Origin: Klebsormidium nitens
Taxonomy: Eukaryota > Plantae > Klebsormidiophyceae
Reading direction: 5' to 3'
Assembly (NCBI GenBank): GCA_000708835.1
Contig: DF237010.1
Coordinates: forward strand, 1-64,000
Length of the DNA stretch: 64,000 nt
Position numbers and translations under genes: made by a program. Under the pieces are notes generated by a model. That model worked only from the letters and a program-made list of their open reading frames with translations, was not told the origin of the DNA and did not search any database. Shown here one piece after another: positions 10,781-28,702 of this stretch (within the stretch, counting starts at the first letter, position 1; each line of letters starts with the position of its first letter).

Positions 10781-12241
10781 AGTGATGGTACTTGCTAGTG
10801 TCAGGATGTCATTGCAAAGGTCGCAACCAGATGTCAATTGACCATAAGCAAGTGCTTCACGCCTTTTACGTTGGGACCTCTATATGGGTCGAAGAACCTT
10901 TGTATAATTGGATCATGTGCTGTGTTTGGAACAAAGTGGATCAACTGGCGAGTTATGAGCTCCACTTTGTGACGTCGAATTCTGGCAGTTTTTGGCTCCA
11001 GCCTGGCAGCGCTAGTGTTAGCTTGTCTGGATGGTTGGACAGTATGGTAACGCATGCATGTAATTCGATTGGATGAAAGCAGTGCGCTTGGCACATGCAA
11101 GTTTTTCGTGGCTAGCTTATCAATGAGCATTGCATGAGTCTAGATTAACCGACCGGAACGGGACTCGGGGCCCATGCTGCATATCTGCAGCCCATGCAAC
11201 GGCCGCCCCCCAAACATACGGCCTATGGGCTTAAAGCTCATAAACATCCGCAATCAAAAATCTTCGATTGTTGCAAGTCGACTCATATGTCCAGCCTGCA
11301 TGGTCGAGCTGCACATGCATAAATTGATCGTATGCACTGGCTTGCAGTGCATGCATGTTGCGTCCATGATGTGCGTGCGAATACAACTAGCTAATTGACC
11401 AGTCAAGCTTGCGTATATACGATCCATGCATGTGCAGCCAATTCAGTTGTTGGGTTAATTCGATCCAATGATCATATAGATGATCAAACTACTTGCGTAC
11501 ATTGAAGTAGTCCAGCCAATGCAGGCTCACATTCAGTCCACACCGTGACACGTGCGCATGCTGGCACGCGGCAAGCTGCATACAGTAGTTGTTTCATGCA
11601 ACTTCATTGCTCGACTCGAAACTTACTGATAGTTGCTGACTCGCATGCATGAGGGAGCGCTGTAGTGCCATTGGGCCGGATCACAAGGGGCAACGGCACT
11701 TCAGTCGTGATTGTCCTGCTAGTCCGACGTGATTGTCCTGCGACTTGAAATTTCCAAGATCTGGCTGGCACCAGCCTGTCATGAGTTATCACTCAGGCGA
11801 TTGCACGCCATCAATCAAGTCGCTCTATCAGATAGGTTCGTTGCACATCTGACGTCAAGAAACTTAGAAAGAATGCAATCAAAGTGGGCCGAAGCATGAT
11901 CCACAAGAAATTAACGACCGGACTTGACGTTGATCCGGCACTGCTGATCAGTAGCAGTGTTGGATGAGAAGAACTATGGCAACACGGCCTGTCTGGAACA
12001 TAACAATCTTGTTCTTGGCGGGCAAAGCACATCAGTGCTTGCAGATCCGTGACAGAGCTCCTTCCGATTTACCGGTTGGATCATGCTGAGGATTGCGCCG
12101 GGGTGTCCACCTACATTCAAAGAACAAGGACTAAGCTCATGCCATGCCAGAACGGGGACTCCGCAAGCATGTGCGTGCAGTAAACCTCCAGCTAAGCAGA
12201 GAACCAAAGCATCCAGCTGCAGTGATTACCAGCGGCGGTTG

Positions 12242-16894
<4,653 letters not shown>

Positions 16895-17842
16895 GATGCA
16901 GATGCAGATGTGCGAACGATGCCTGACTGAGCCCCAACCCGTAAACTCCCTGTGGGCGCCAAACTTCTGTCAAGGAGCAGAAAGTGGAAATGCGACCCGC
17001 TCTGATCAACAACGTTTGAAATTGTTGAACAAGCAAGCAACCATTTTGACACATTGTGGTCCCCTCACCTCAGGCAACCATTACCACATGGCCGGCGGCG
17101 GGCGGGCAGGCTGATGATCATGCTGGTAGGGTAGATAGGTCATTACCGCTGACCAACCCGGTTAGACCAAGAAACCCACCGCCCTAGTTGCTTGCGAAGC
17201 ACAATGCTGACTTGCACCGCTGACGAGGCCAAGGCTCAATTTCAAGCTTTATCAAGAGTAGTCGGACAAAGGGCGCGGCGTTTGCGTTGTGCCTCCTTTA
17301 CCACCACCTTTTCTGGATTAATCGGCTGACATCCAGGTGCGGCATCTTTTCCCCCTCCTCTGTTCGATTTGCAAGATTGGCTTTTTGTGCTTCTTCTTTA
17401 CCTGGCGGTGCGCCAAACATCCTACTTCTGCTTCAGCTCATTAGAACTTCTGGATGCCAATGCTCTGGCTGCGTTGATCCTGCGCTCGCATATTCAGTGC
17501 CATGGGCGTCTTTAGGATCTTCCTTGGTGCATATAGCCTGGACGCCAGCTAGCGTTCATCTGGCACCTTTCTTCCTGAAGCTGTCGAATGGATGGAGCAA
17601 TACCACCAACCATCACAGTCGTCGACACTCTCCGAAGGCAACTGGTTGTATTGAAGTATGTTGAAAAGATCTTGATCCAGACATTGATCAGAGCTGCCCT
17701 AAGTCTGTGCTGTGGAGATGTTTGAGGCACTTAGGAAACGCTGACACTCCGCGGGTTGTTGCCCAGTGCTTGTGCTCCGCCCTTCTTGTGTCTTGCCTGC
17801 GCTGAGGCCCCTGCTTGTTGTCCAGATCTCTGCTTTGCCACC
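16895..17842. promoter_or_regulatory. Divergent intergenic region between KRS1 and aspartate aminotransferase
   Basis: ATGs at 16894 (-) and 17843 (+), about 950 bp apart. Confidence 0.55.
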
Positions 17843-20800
17843 ATGTTGGGCCGCACCCTGCACCATGCCCTGCGCCAGGCGCTGGCCCCAAGCCAGGCGC
17901 GCCAGTTCACTGCCTCAGCCCCTGTTGCCGGCTGGTGGCACGATGTTCCCCAGGCGCCAAAGGTGAGATCTCTTGGCGCTGCTTTTGCAGATTGGACTGC
18001 AAGTGTTAGGTTCTGATGAATGCACAGAAAGTTGTCTATCCAGAAGTTTGTGAGCATCAGGAGTTGCAATTCAGGGCTGTGGTAAGCTCTGCAATGACTT
18101 TCTGTCTTGACAAGAGCGGTCTGATTATGCAGGATCCAATTCTGGGAGTCACGGAAGCATTCTTGGCGGACAAGGACCCAAACAAGGTGACACAGCTCTT
18201 GATATCACTGTTTCAATTCTTCTTTTAGAAGGACCTACTGCATCTACCGCTTCTCCGTCTGCTCCTCATGTTCGTATCTGCTTTGTTCTCTCCTTACATG
18301 TATCTGCGCAATGAGCTGACTGGGCATGGCGATGCTGTCCCTTTCCCTTGTAGATGAACCTTGGTGTTGGGGCCTATCGTGATGACAAGGGCAAGCCCGT
18401 CGTGCTCGACTGTGTGCGAAAGGCGGAGGAACAGATTGCTGGGCAGCTTTTCATGGAGTACAGGTAAGCTAGTCCCGCTACAGGCCAGCGAGCGTTGCAA
18501 TTGAAAGGTTGCTGCAAGCAATCGCAAAAGGATTGTTGGTCAGCTCTATTGCATGTCCATTCCGCATTAAGCCAAAGCTCTGGGAAATTGTTGAGAAGGT
18601 TATGGTGCACCCAACTTAGGTACATGGGCATGAAGCCTGGGCGTCCCAGCATTCCCTTGCTTCTGGCTTGTCCTAAGTCCCTCACGCCCTGTTGAACTTG
18701 TGCAGTCCAATGGCGGGATCTGCAGACTTCAACAGCCATGCCATCAAGTTGGCCTATGGGGAGGACAGCCCTCTGATCAAGGACGGTCATGTTGCTGCGG
18801 TGCAGACTTTGTCTGGTGAGCGCTTGGGGCAGGCACATGCTCATGGCAGTTTGCACAGGCAGGCAGCTTGTCTGGGGGGGTGGGACTATCTCAGCCGACG
18901 CTTGCACTTGTCTTGAAGTATTAGTTCTGATATCAAGATGTTGAAAAACGGTGTTCTCATTCCGCAGGAACTGGAGCGTGCCGCTTGTTTGGCGACTTCA
19001 TCCACCAGGTGAGTTTGCCACCGTTTGCAACGGCTCTCCTCCTTGCACCTACTACATCTTGGACTCCACATCGGCTCAACGGTTCAGCCTGTTTCCACTC
19101 GAGAACCGCAAGGAATAACTAGCCATCAGTTGCAATGCTGCACCCAGCTGAGATCCTCACGCCCGCTCATGTGCAGTATTATCCGGACAGCGGAATGCTT
19201 TTGCCGACTCCGACTTGGAGCAACCATCTTGGTAAGTCTCTCGTCTTGCAAAGTCATGGCCCAACATCGCTGGAGTTGAACTTACTCTTTGGTTGACCAG
19301 AAGGACCGCGTGGTCGAGGTGCGTTTAGGCAGCAACGAGGTGCATCTTAGTCGTGCAGGCCTCCAAAGACGAGAAAGTTGAAGGGTTTTCACGGTCACGG
19401 TCACGGTTTTCAGAGCTGGCAGACTTGTGGTCGATCTTCACGTTTTGACTCCCCATGCATGTAGGAGAGCCCTGGTGTTGATTGAGCCTGTTCTCTGCAA
19501 GCCTTTTGAATCTTTGAAGTTTCATGCATAGTGGATTGCCTGGCTTAACGCGTGTCTTCTGCGGCTGTCAGGCATCTTCAAGGATGCGAATGTGAAGACC
19601 ACCAACATCCGCTACTACGACCCCAAGACCAAGGGCCTCGACTTCAAGGGCTTCGTGGAGGATCTCAAGGCAAGCCCCACGGCGTCTCCTCTTATGTCAG
19701 CCACGTCACACAGCCGGATCACATTCAGTTTGCACTTCACTCTGAGACTGTTCAGGGTCCACGAACAAGAAAGTGCCGTCTCAGACCGTGAAGGAAACAG
19801 TGCTCACAGCTTCATGCGAATTAGCCGCATGTTCGGAATTCAAGAGGTCCCTGCCGCATGCACAAGCCAAGGTCCTCTACCAAAGACTTCCTTCAGCCGA
19901 GGCAGCGGAGGGACCTGTCTCTCACCTTCCGCATGCCCTTGTGCAGGCTGCTCCCAAAAAGTCCTTCGTCCTCTTCCACGCTTGTGCACACAACCCAAGT
20001 GAGATAACTGCTCCCTGCCATGCGATCAACTGCGCGTCGCACACTCCCACCTGAGTTTCAACGGGCAATTAAGGACGGCACTCCCAAAGGTCCATGTCTT
20101 GCTGACCATGGTTGATTGTGACTCTTCGAGGAGCTTTTGTCGACTCGTCAACTGGGGAGGCTGACTCGTCTTTGGCGTGGCTGCAGCTGGCGTTGATCCT
20201 ACGCCCGAACAGTGGAAGGAGATCTCGGCAGTTGTGAAGGTGAGCATCATCTCTTCGTAGCCACGCAAGGAAGCTTCGTTTGAACCAGGCAACTCTTCGT
20301 TTGCAGCAAGGGGTGTGGCCCGCACTGCAGCCTTGCGGTGCACTCGAGCCGCTCGTGACGTGCGACCCGCCGCGCCGGATGTGTGCAGGAGAAGCAGCAG
20401 TACCCGCTGTTCGACATGGCGTACCAGGGCTTCGCCAGCGGCGACACGGAGCGCGACGCGGCGTCCATCCGCATCTTCCTGGAGGACGGCCACCAGGTGG
20501 CGGTCAGCCAGAGCTTCGCCAAGAACATGGGCCTCTACGGACAGCGCATCGGATGCCTCAGGTCGGCGCGCACTCACTTTGACCAACTGCGCGGAAGCAA
20601 AATCAGAGTACTCGATGACAGCGGCAGTACTTCAAACATCGTTGCGATCATGGGTTTCGGCATACTGCCCTCGGTGCTCTACCGCCTGTCCCAGCCGGCT
20701 AACCCGCCGGGCTTCCGGCCCTCTAGTGTCGCTGATGCTGGGCGCTTGTAACCCTACTGTACTGACGTGCGGCCTGCGTGAGGTGCAGCGTGGTGACGGA

Positions 20801-21734
20801 GAACCCGCAGGAGACGACGGCGGTGCGCGGGCAGATCCAGCTGGTGGCGCGCAAGCAGTACAGCAACCCGCCCATCCACGGCGCGCTGCTCGTCACGCGC
20901 GTCCTCAGCAGCCCCGACCTCAAGCAGCTCTGGTACAAGGAGGTCCAGGTCAGCGCACCGCCGCGACCCCGCTCCTCACGCTCAGTAATGCATAAAGACG
21001 GCCGTTTGAGTCGCTCGCGAATGTATTTGCGCTCGCCAAAACACTTCAAACAGCATCTTCTGGACGATATAAGTAAGCTCGACCGGAAGTCAAGCTGCTC
21101 TTTGATGTCGCTCGAGCAGCAATTTAGCTTCCGTTTTTCTGGTTGTGTTGGCTGCGTCAGTGACGTCAGCTGGGCGTGTGCAGGGCATGGCGGACCGGAT
21201 CATCTCGATGCGCCACTCGCTGCGCAGCAACCTGGAGGCGGCGGGCTCCAAGCTGCCGTGGAACCACATCACGGACCAGGTGAGACGCGGGCTGTCCCGC
21301 GCACCGGCCAGCAGCGGGTCGGTGCCATGACTTGCAGTCTGCAGAGCGAGGCCCCTCGGGATGTGCTCGACTGGCGTCGCCGAGGCCTGACGTGGCGTTT
21401 TGGGTGCCTCCTTTGCAGATTGGCATGTTCTGCTTCACGGGCATCACCCCCGAGCAGGTGGACCGCCTCACGCACGAGCACCACATCTACCTCACACGCA
21501 ACGGACGCATCAGGTGAGAACGCCGCCTGCCGAGGTGTTTTGAATACAAAAGGAGCGTGTTTGCGTTTCTTTTCTCTGCGGTTGCGGCATCATGTATGCG
21601 GCGTATTCCCAACTTTGTTCTTGTGGGGGCATGGCACTGAGCAGTTACGTTTTTGTCGGCTGTGCAGCATTGCTGGCATCAACACTGGGAACGTTGAACG
21701 GCTCGCACACGCGCTGCACGAAGTCACCAAGTAG
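17843..21734 (+). CDS. ASP1: Mitochondrial aspartate aminotransferase (AAT class I), 13 exons
   Basis: Arg/Ala/Ser-rich presequence [25 protein letters not shown]; [10 protein letters not shown]; NLGVGAYRD; QTLSG|TGACR; PTWSNH; HACAHNPTGVDP; [12 protein letters not shown]; PLP-lysine motif [14 protein letters not shown]; QIGMF; RNGRIS; ends ...ALHEVTK* at 21732-21734. Confidence 0.97.
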
Positions 21735-23278
21735 AGGACGAACACTCGATTTTTGCAGCATAGAGTTGCTCGAGTAGGGGAGCTGAAGACGTAGCGCAAA
21801 CGTCTTTCGGCTGAGCTTATCAGTAGGCGTAGTGCATGCACCTTTCGAAATAAGACCTTAAGGAGACCCTCTCGACAGGCCTTTCAAGGAATTTTGACAA
21901 ATTCTTGCAATCATCTTGTCACAAAGACATTCAGTGTAAGGAGCCGCTGCATGCTGATCATATGATCGAGTCAAGGCCGGCCGGTGCTGGCGGCCGCCAA
22001 AAGCACAGCCCTGTTTCGAAATATACGGTGGGCCGATAAGCATGCCAAGGCCGGTGTTAAAGTGAGCGGGGGTTCGCCTGTGCATAAGACGGCGGCCGAT
22101 GGCCCGGCGGACGCACCGTCTCCAGATGAGGTCTGCCAGTGGGCATTTGGCTGCAGTATGTATAGGTGCGCCAAGTCAACAAGCTTTACCAACTTCATTG
22201 TATTGTGATCTCAAATCACGCCAGAAGGGGCGGGAGTGACGATTACTTTACACTTACATTCAGTTTTCGTACGTTTGTTTGAGGCTTAGACTCGATCGTG
22301 AAGTGCTCCTAACAAGTGCAGTCGCGCGCCGCTTTTGCATTAACCACACATGCATCATTTCAGTTCAATTTACGGGAAGTCCGCAGAACGCGCGCGCGTG
22401 TTGAAGCCGCTGAGCAGGCCTTCATTCAAATGTGATTCAAGTAACATGCTAGCTGCTAAGCTCTGTCGGACTCGAACTTAGTGCGGCCCATGACGTCGCC
22501 CACATTGGCATGCACACGCACATGAGTGCAAACGTACGCATGGTTTGTATATCGATAGGCTAGAGTCTGAAAGCTGCAAGTACATGCATGTCCTGAGTCC
22601 GGTCAGCTGGCCCAAATGTATATCAGCGAGAGTACATAGAATTTGAACTTGCATGGGGCCCCTGCAAGCAATTAGCTACTATGCGCGATCGATTGCATGA
22701 TCACTAGGTGCACGTACGTGTGCTCGCATGCCGCGTGGAGGCTCCGTGCAGCTAGAGAGAGATCGAAGATCCAACATGCTATACGTAGAATTGCAAGTTT
22801 TGTCACTGAAAGTTTCCCTTATCAACAGGTTCGGGCCATATTGGATCGACAGGCTTCGATCGTTGCCACCGTGACGGTTCAATTATTCTGAAAATGCCAG
22901 AAGCCATGAGAAGTTGGAATAGAAACTCGAGCTTTCGAGCTTATCTATGCACAATTACGCAGTTACTTCCACAACAATAAAAAAACGTACACCGAGCGTG
23001 AATCTCTGGCCGGGCGCATGAGCTCGTTCTTCGATGGCGACGTTCCTCGGTACATGTACGTACTAGCCGGCTATAAGAGTACAGCTGCAGCTGGTCCCTC
23101 CGTCCCCATGCCCATGAGCTCCATCACCAATGAGATTAGCCCTACCAAGTCTCCCTTCAAACTAGAAAAAGGAATGAGCCACCCACTGTTGCCAGCCCCT
23201 AATTCCGGGGAAGAAGCAGCAAGAGGGTCGGAACCGGCTTCAAAAGTTATCGGCAGTCGGAAAAGGCGAAGTTGTGCA

Positions 23279-25165
23279 TCACGCCCCGTTGGGCGCCCCC
23301 AGCTGCTGCCCCCAGATGCGATCCACTTTGCGCTGCAGCTCTGCCAGCTGTTCGTTCACCAGTGCGCCCACGGCCTCCCCCTCTGCGCGCGCGCTGGCCT
23401 GCAGCACCTTCTCGCGCTCCGCGATCGCCGCGCGCAGCTCCTCGATGGCGCGCTGCTCCTCGTCCAGCCCCAGGCCCGCAATGCGCGCCTCATACTCGCG
23501 CTCGGCCCGCTCCTTCGCCTCTTCGCGCTCCTTCTCCGCCTCCTGCGCCTCCTCGCGCGCGCGCTTGGCGCGCCTCTCGAGGTCCTCCGCGGCGCGCTTC
23601 TTGGACACGACGTACTCCTCCACCTCCACCACCGCGCGCTCGCGGTCTGCCGCCGCCTCCTCGCGCTCGCGCACCCGCTTGCGCAGGGCCACCTGCACCG
23701 AAAAACAGCCGCGTCAACTTGTCGGTGAAGCAATAACTCGCTCTGAGAGCACGCAGCTTCTGAGCATTAACTCTCTCGTCAAAAGTGCAAAAGAAGTGGA
23801 AGACAATCTCGGACACCAATTTGTGGATGCAAGACTCCTATCGCTCTTGTCATTTGCTGCAGTATAGCATATGAAAGGAGTGCGCACACGAGGCTGAGCA
23901 CCAGGAAGCTAGCACACTGTGTCTAAGACCAGCAAAACAGATATATCAACACAAACGAGAGAAGTTTTCGTAAGAGAGCAGGAAGAAGCAGGGACGTTTC
24001 CGGACTTTCTCTACAAATATATCGCTTGACCGTGCGAATAGTAAATACCTCGCGCTTCGACAGATTCTTCGCGTGAGCATTCTCAATCACGATTGACGGA
24101 CTCGTGTTGAAACGGGCAACATGGATATGCCCCCAGTCCCACCAGTAGAAAGCCGCGTGAATCTGAGCCACTAAGAGCAATCTCGCGCTCGTCCCTCACC
24201 TCGTGTTCCTTCATCCGTTCGCGGTCGCCCTCAATCTTGCGCGCCGTCTCCTCCCTGCGCGCCTCCAGCTCCGCGCGCACGCCCAGCTCGAACGTCGCCT
24301 TCAGCGCCTTGATGCTCGCAGGGGACGTCACGCCGGCGGCCGCCTCGTAGCCCGCGCCAACCGGGCTCCCTGCCGCCCCCTTCGTCCCCACCGGGTGCTT
24401 CACCACCGTCCCCGGCGACACCATCAGCGCGTCCTCCTTGCGGCTGCCACGTGGCACCTCTGTGTCGCCCTCCGCCGCCTTGTCTCCGTCGCCCTGCACC
24501 TGTTCCCCCACCTTGGAGGCGTCCGGCGTTTTAGGCGACATGTCGCGCTTCTGCCCGTACCGCTCCGCCGTGTTGCTCCCCCGCCGCGCGCGCCCCCCCG
24601 CTTCCTTGTCGTGCTTCTCGACCTCACCCCCGGCCGCCTCCTCCGCTTCTGCGTACGGCCCCAGCTCCTCTTCGGCCATGTCCGGCAGCTCCGGCTCGAT
24701 CTCGCTCAGATACTCGTCCTCTTCGCTACCCCCCTCGGCGGCTGCTCTGCGCGTTTTCGCGCTCTTCCACCCGTGCCGTCGCCCACCTGTCCCCTCCAGC
24801 GTGACCGTCGTCCGACCTTTGTCCTCAGCCTCTGGCGTCACCGCACTCTTTTTACTCCTCCGCACCGCCTTCTCCTCCGCCTGCTTCCGCTTCCTTCCCA
24901 CGTCTTTCCTGCCTCTCGCTGTCTGCTTCTCTCCCTGTGGCTCCTTCTCGTCTTTCACGGCAGCCTCACTTCGCTGTGCGGACGCTCTTCCCCTGGGCCG
25001 GCGCTCCGCAACTGTGGTGGGGGGCGCCAGGGCTGGCGCCGAGATGGAGGTCCGCCTGAGCCGACCGGCCCACGGAGTCTCTGACTGGCGCGCTTGAGCG
25101 CGGCCTAGCGCAGCAGCTTGTTCGAACTGTGTGCTCAGAGGAATGTGGCGGCCGCGCAAACTCAT
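23279..25165 (-). CDS. Hypothetical low-complexity/coiled-coil protein (5' end unresolved, probably further exons between 25200 and 26750)
   Basis: Two long GC-rich exons (about 25100-24200 and 23692-23279) join in phase 0 (HE|VALRKR). E/K/R/A-rich heptad-like C-terminus; TGA at 23279-23281. No recognisable domain. Confidence 0.65.
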
Positions 25166-28100
25166 GAATGGACGACAGGCATCTGCAGGAGAAGTGAAAC
25201 TTTTGGAAAAAGAAGTACAACTAGACCGGTCTGGTCATTCCTGCAAGTGTATGAGGAATTTGCCTTGTGTCAGTAGGCCGCCGTCCTCTGGGGAGAATGC
25301 AGGTGCTGTTTGTTTAAAAATCAAGTACTGAGGGTCACAGCCCAGCAGCTTATGTCAGCAAAAGTCTGCTTCCAGGACAGAACGATGACTCAGAACTGGG
25401 GATAAACGAAGATGATGGGTTAGGCACAACTTAGAGCTTACGCAAAAGCTGCTAGCCAAGAAACCTCTTAAAGGCACTCAAGCTAACCATATCAAAGGCC
25501 TTGGCATTGAACCTTGAAATGACCAAGTGAAGCTGACAGGTCAAGGTTTTCTTTGCAGCAAAAGACTCGGTACAACAATGAGTGTCTTGCAGGCTCTTCA
25601 GCTTCATGCTGAGATTCAGCTAAGCTTGGAAAGCTGTGCTTGTCATGATCCATTGCAACAAGCTCATGTGGTTTTGCTATATGCCTGTTCCCACTAGATC
25701 TTTGCAAATAGGAATAGTGCCCCTTTATGAACATCTCAGCCAGCACAGTGTCAAACAATCCACTGTGAACTTCAAGCCAGAGACAGGTGCCGACAGGAGA
25801 CCTTCACGTCTGACCTTTTCCCACTGTAATGCTGCTGAACAAAGGTACGGCAAGCAGACACTCCTGTAACCCTTCCTTCCACATCATCCTTTCACTCTGT
25901 AATCAGGCTTAACCTAGCGCAACAAAGCGGACGTGTATCACAGCCCCTCCACAACTTCAACGCTTTGCTGGATGCAGAAGTCTAGTGATAACAAGGTAAC
26001 AGATAAAATCATCTTAGTGTCATCTCTGCATTTCTGAGAACCCTGCAAGGGGCATGGGCGCGGTATATCATGGCTCTCAGCTGCGAGCACCAGCTCAATC
26101 TCTCAAGCCAGTCAACAAAGACTTCTGTCATACCAACAAAACGCCCTTACAATCATCTTAGAAAAGATGTGACCACTTGCCCAGTACCTTGCCAGTGCCC
26201 CTTCCTGAAACCTTCCTCTACAGAGATGCAGAGCCCATTTTGAAACAAAATGGTTCAAGCCCTTATTAGCTCCCCAAGCAACCTCGCTGTCCCTCATAAG
26301 TGAGCCGTTTGGTGCATGCTGCCGGTACCAGCCTTTTACTGTCCTTTTCAATCTCACAGAACCCACACTTCCACATCAAACAAGTGCTCAACCGGCTGCT
26401 TGTTGAACAACAATTCTGAGCACAACACCAGGCTAGCGCAAGAGCAGGGAACCAAGCTCAGAGAAGCAGCGTACCTGGGATGCGGCTCTCTGTCCCCAAG
26501 GAAGCGCGTGCGCCAAGCTGTGCATGGACATCGAACGACTACTCAACTGCTGAACAAAGCCATGCACAGACCTCATTGGAAACCGGACAAGACGGTCGCG
26601 AGCCCCGTACACGGGAGTCGGTCTGGACTCTGCGTCGAACGGCCGTTGTTGACTCGACAAATCTCCAGGAGACTTCGCACCGTCGATCGAGACTAGAATG
26701 GATGAATGACGGTTACGATTTGACCAGGACTCTACCTTGCATGACAAGTCTGATGCACAGTCATCGAGTCTGAGGGATCCCTCTGTCTTTTGCGTGAGGT
26801 GGCACGCCGCGCTGCCAGGGGGCTGCCAGAGAGCGGGCGTGCCAAGTACCGTAACTTGAAGTCAAAGGGGGCCGGGCACTAGGACTACTAGGTTGATCCT
26901 AGTGCTGTTACATGGAGGATTCAGCTTCTATGCTGATGTTGCATGGCCTCGTCTACCAGCTTACGGTCCCCTTACGGTAGATGGGCGGTAACATTGATGT
27001 AGGCCGCCGGTGTGCAGCCTGTCATGCGGTCTCGGGTCGTTGCGGTAACATGTCGATATAACATGCCGGACAAGTCTCGGCGCACTCGGCTAAAAGAAAA
27101 CTACATGGCGTCTCCAGCATGGCATGTCACTCATAATGATGCATCATACACATCATCTGTGATCTCTCCGCGAGTCGTCTTCCCCTTTTGTGCGGGTTTT
27201 GTGCAAATGGGGTGCAGATAGAGCTCGCCTAGATGTCATGACCACTTTTTTGAAGGTGGTCACTTGTCCACTTGGTTGCTGCATCAGCATGACTGACACT
27301 AACGCCACTGCGCATGAACTGCTAGCATGCTTTTAGACGATCTAGCTAGGATAAAAAAAACCGTCGGCATGGGATGAAATTGGAAACCAGTTTATAAATC
27401 ATCAGTGGAATTTTCTTTGTAGTGTATTACCAATTTTTGGAACGTGCGCGCGCAGTAGCTTAGTATAGCGCCATGGTAGCTCCGCGATCAAACGCGTGGC
27501 CTTGGTCACACATGATTGATCAGTTATAAAAATTTGGCTTGCATGGCCCAATGCATGATCGTCCAATGTATCATGACATCCCACAGCCACAACTCATGTC
27601 GAATATAGTATCGTTGGGTCCATATATGCTGTGCACATGGTATACCAATAGAGCATAAATAACGCGGCATGTAACCGAGCCGGATCGAGCTCGGCACTCT
27701 CGATGTATCCCAAATCCAAAATCTAAATGCAATAAGGGTACGTACGTCTGCTCAAGTGTTCACGTGCAAGTGACATACCGCGGCCGGCCGCCGGCGGGAG
27801 TACTTCAATATTGTTGGATCCAAGCATTTCGAGTCTGGTCCATTATGCAGGTCATGTCCAACGGCGCACGTGCACATGTTAGACCGGCAGGCCATGTTTT
27901 CGCAACTCGCGGGGTTAAGAACTAAATCTGTGACATACATATCATTCATTCCGAAGCCTGCTGGTTCGTGGACTAGCTTCGATTATGCGACTGCTTTCTG
28001 TGCATTTCACCTATACATCCTTGACGTGCTGGCCATGACAATCGTCTCACATAGCCGTTCCCCCTGTGTAAATCGCTTTAGCTGGGCCTCCTAGGTTCTT

Positions 28101-28702
28101 AAGCCGGCCAACCCTCAAAAGCGGTTAAGTATCCTCATGTCTACAAATACTTTGCACGAAATTCTTGTTCACTCCCCTTTGCGCGGCTTAGACAAGTATT
28201 GTTGACCGATCCTTGGAGACTCAATCTCCAAGACACGGTCTTTTAGTCTTCCAGCTCCTATCAAAGCACTACGACAATCACTGCTTCAACCGCTGTTCGT
28301 GCATAGCTGGATACGAAGTATGCATAGAGTACGAGCAGTTGTCGGAAGTGTTCGTCCCACCGCTTGGGCCCTTGCCACCGTGCGGGTTGGAGCCAAAGCG
28401 TCCGGTGATGCCTCTCAGCTTGTTGTTGTGTCTTCTTTCAGGTACGCTTGGCGTTCGGGGCTCATAGAGGTACGTACAAGGCACCGACCGCTGAATTGAC
28501 ACTTTCCGCTGTGTCCATCCGGCCGTGGCAAGACACCGTAGTCGTTAAACGCAGCAAATCCCTCACGATGGGTGTCCATTCTCCCCAGCATAATCACCCC
28601 GCTAGATGTGCGCAGCCCACGGCAGGTCGGTCCAAGAAGGACGCAGCAGTGGCCTTCCGGGAGCTAGTTCCGTAATCACAGCCTTAGGGACCGCAGCGGT
28701 GA

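Noticed and set aside
23018-23728. 236-aa plus-strand ORF MSSFFDGDVP...
   Set aside because: Largely antisense to the coiled-coil exon, with the L/R-rich composition expected of the opposite strand; its 5' part lies in a palindrome-rich spacer.
28278-28600. Possible additional FY 3' exon, or a tRNA-like stretch on the minus strand
   Set aside because: No unambiguous phase-matched splice to the PPLP exon, and no complete cloverleaf with intact D and T loops.
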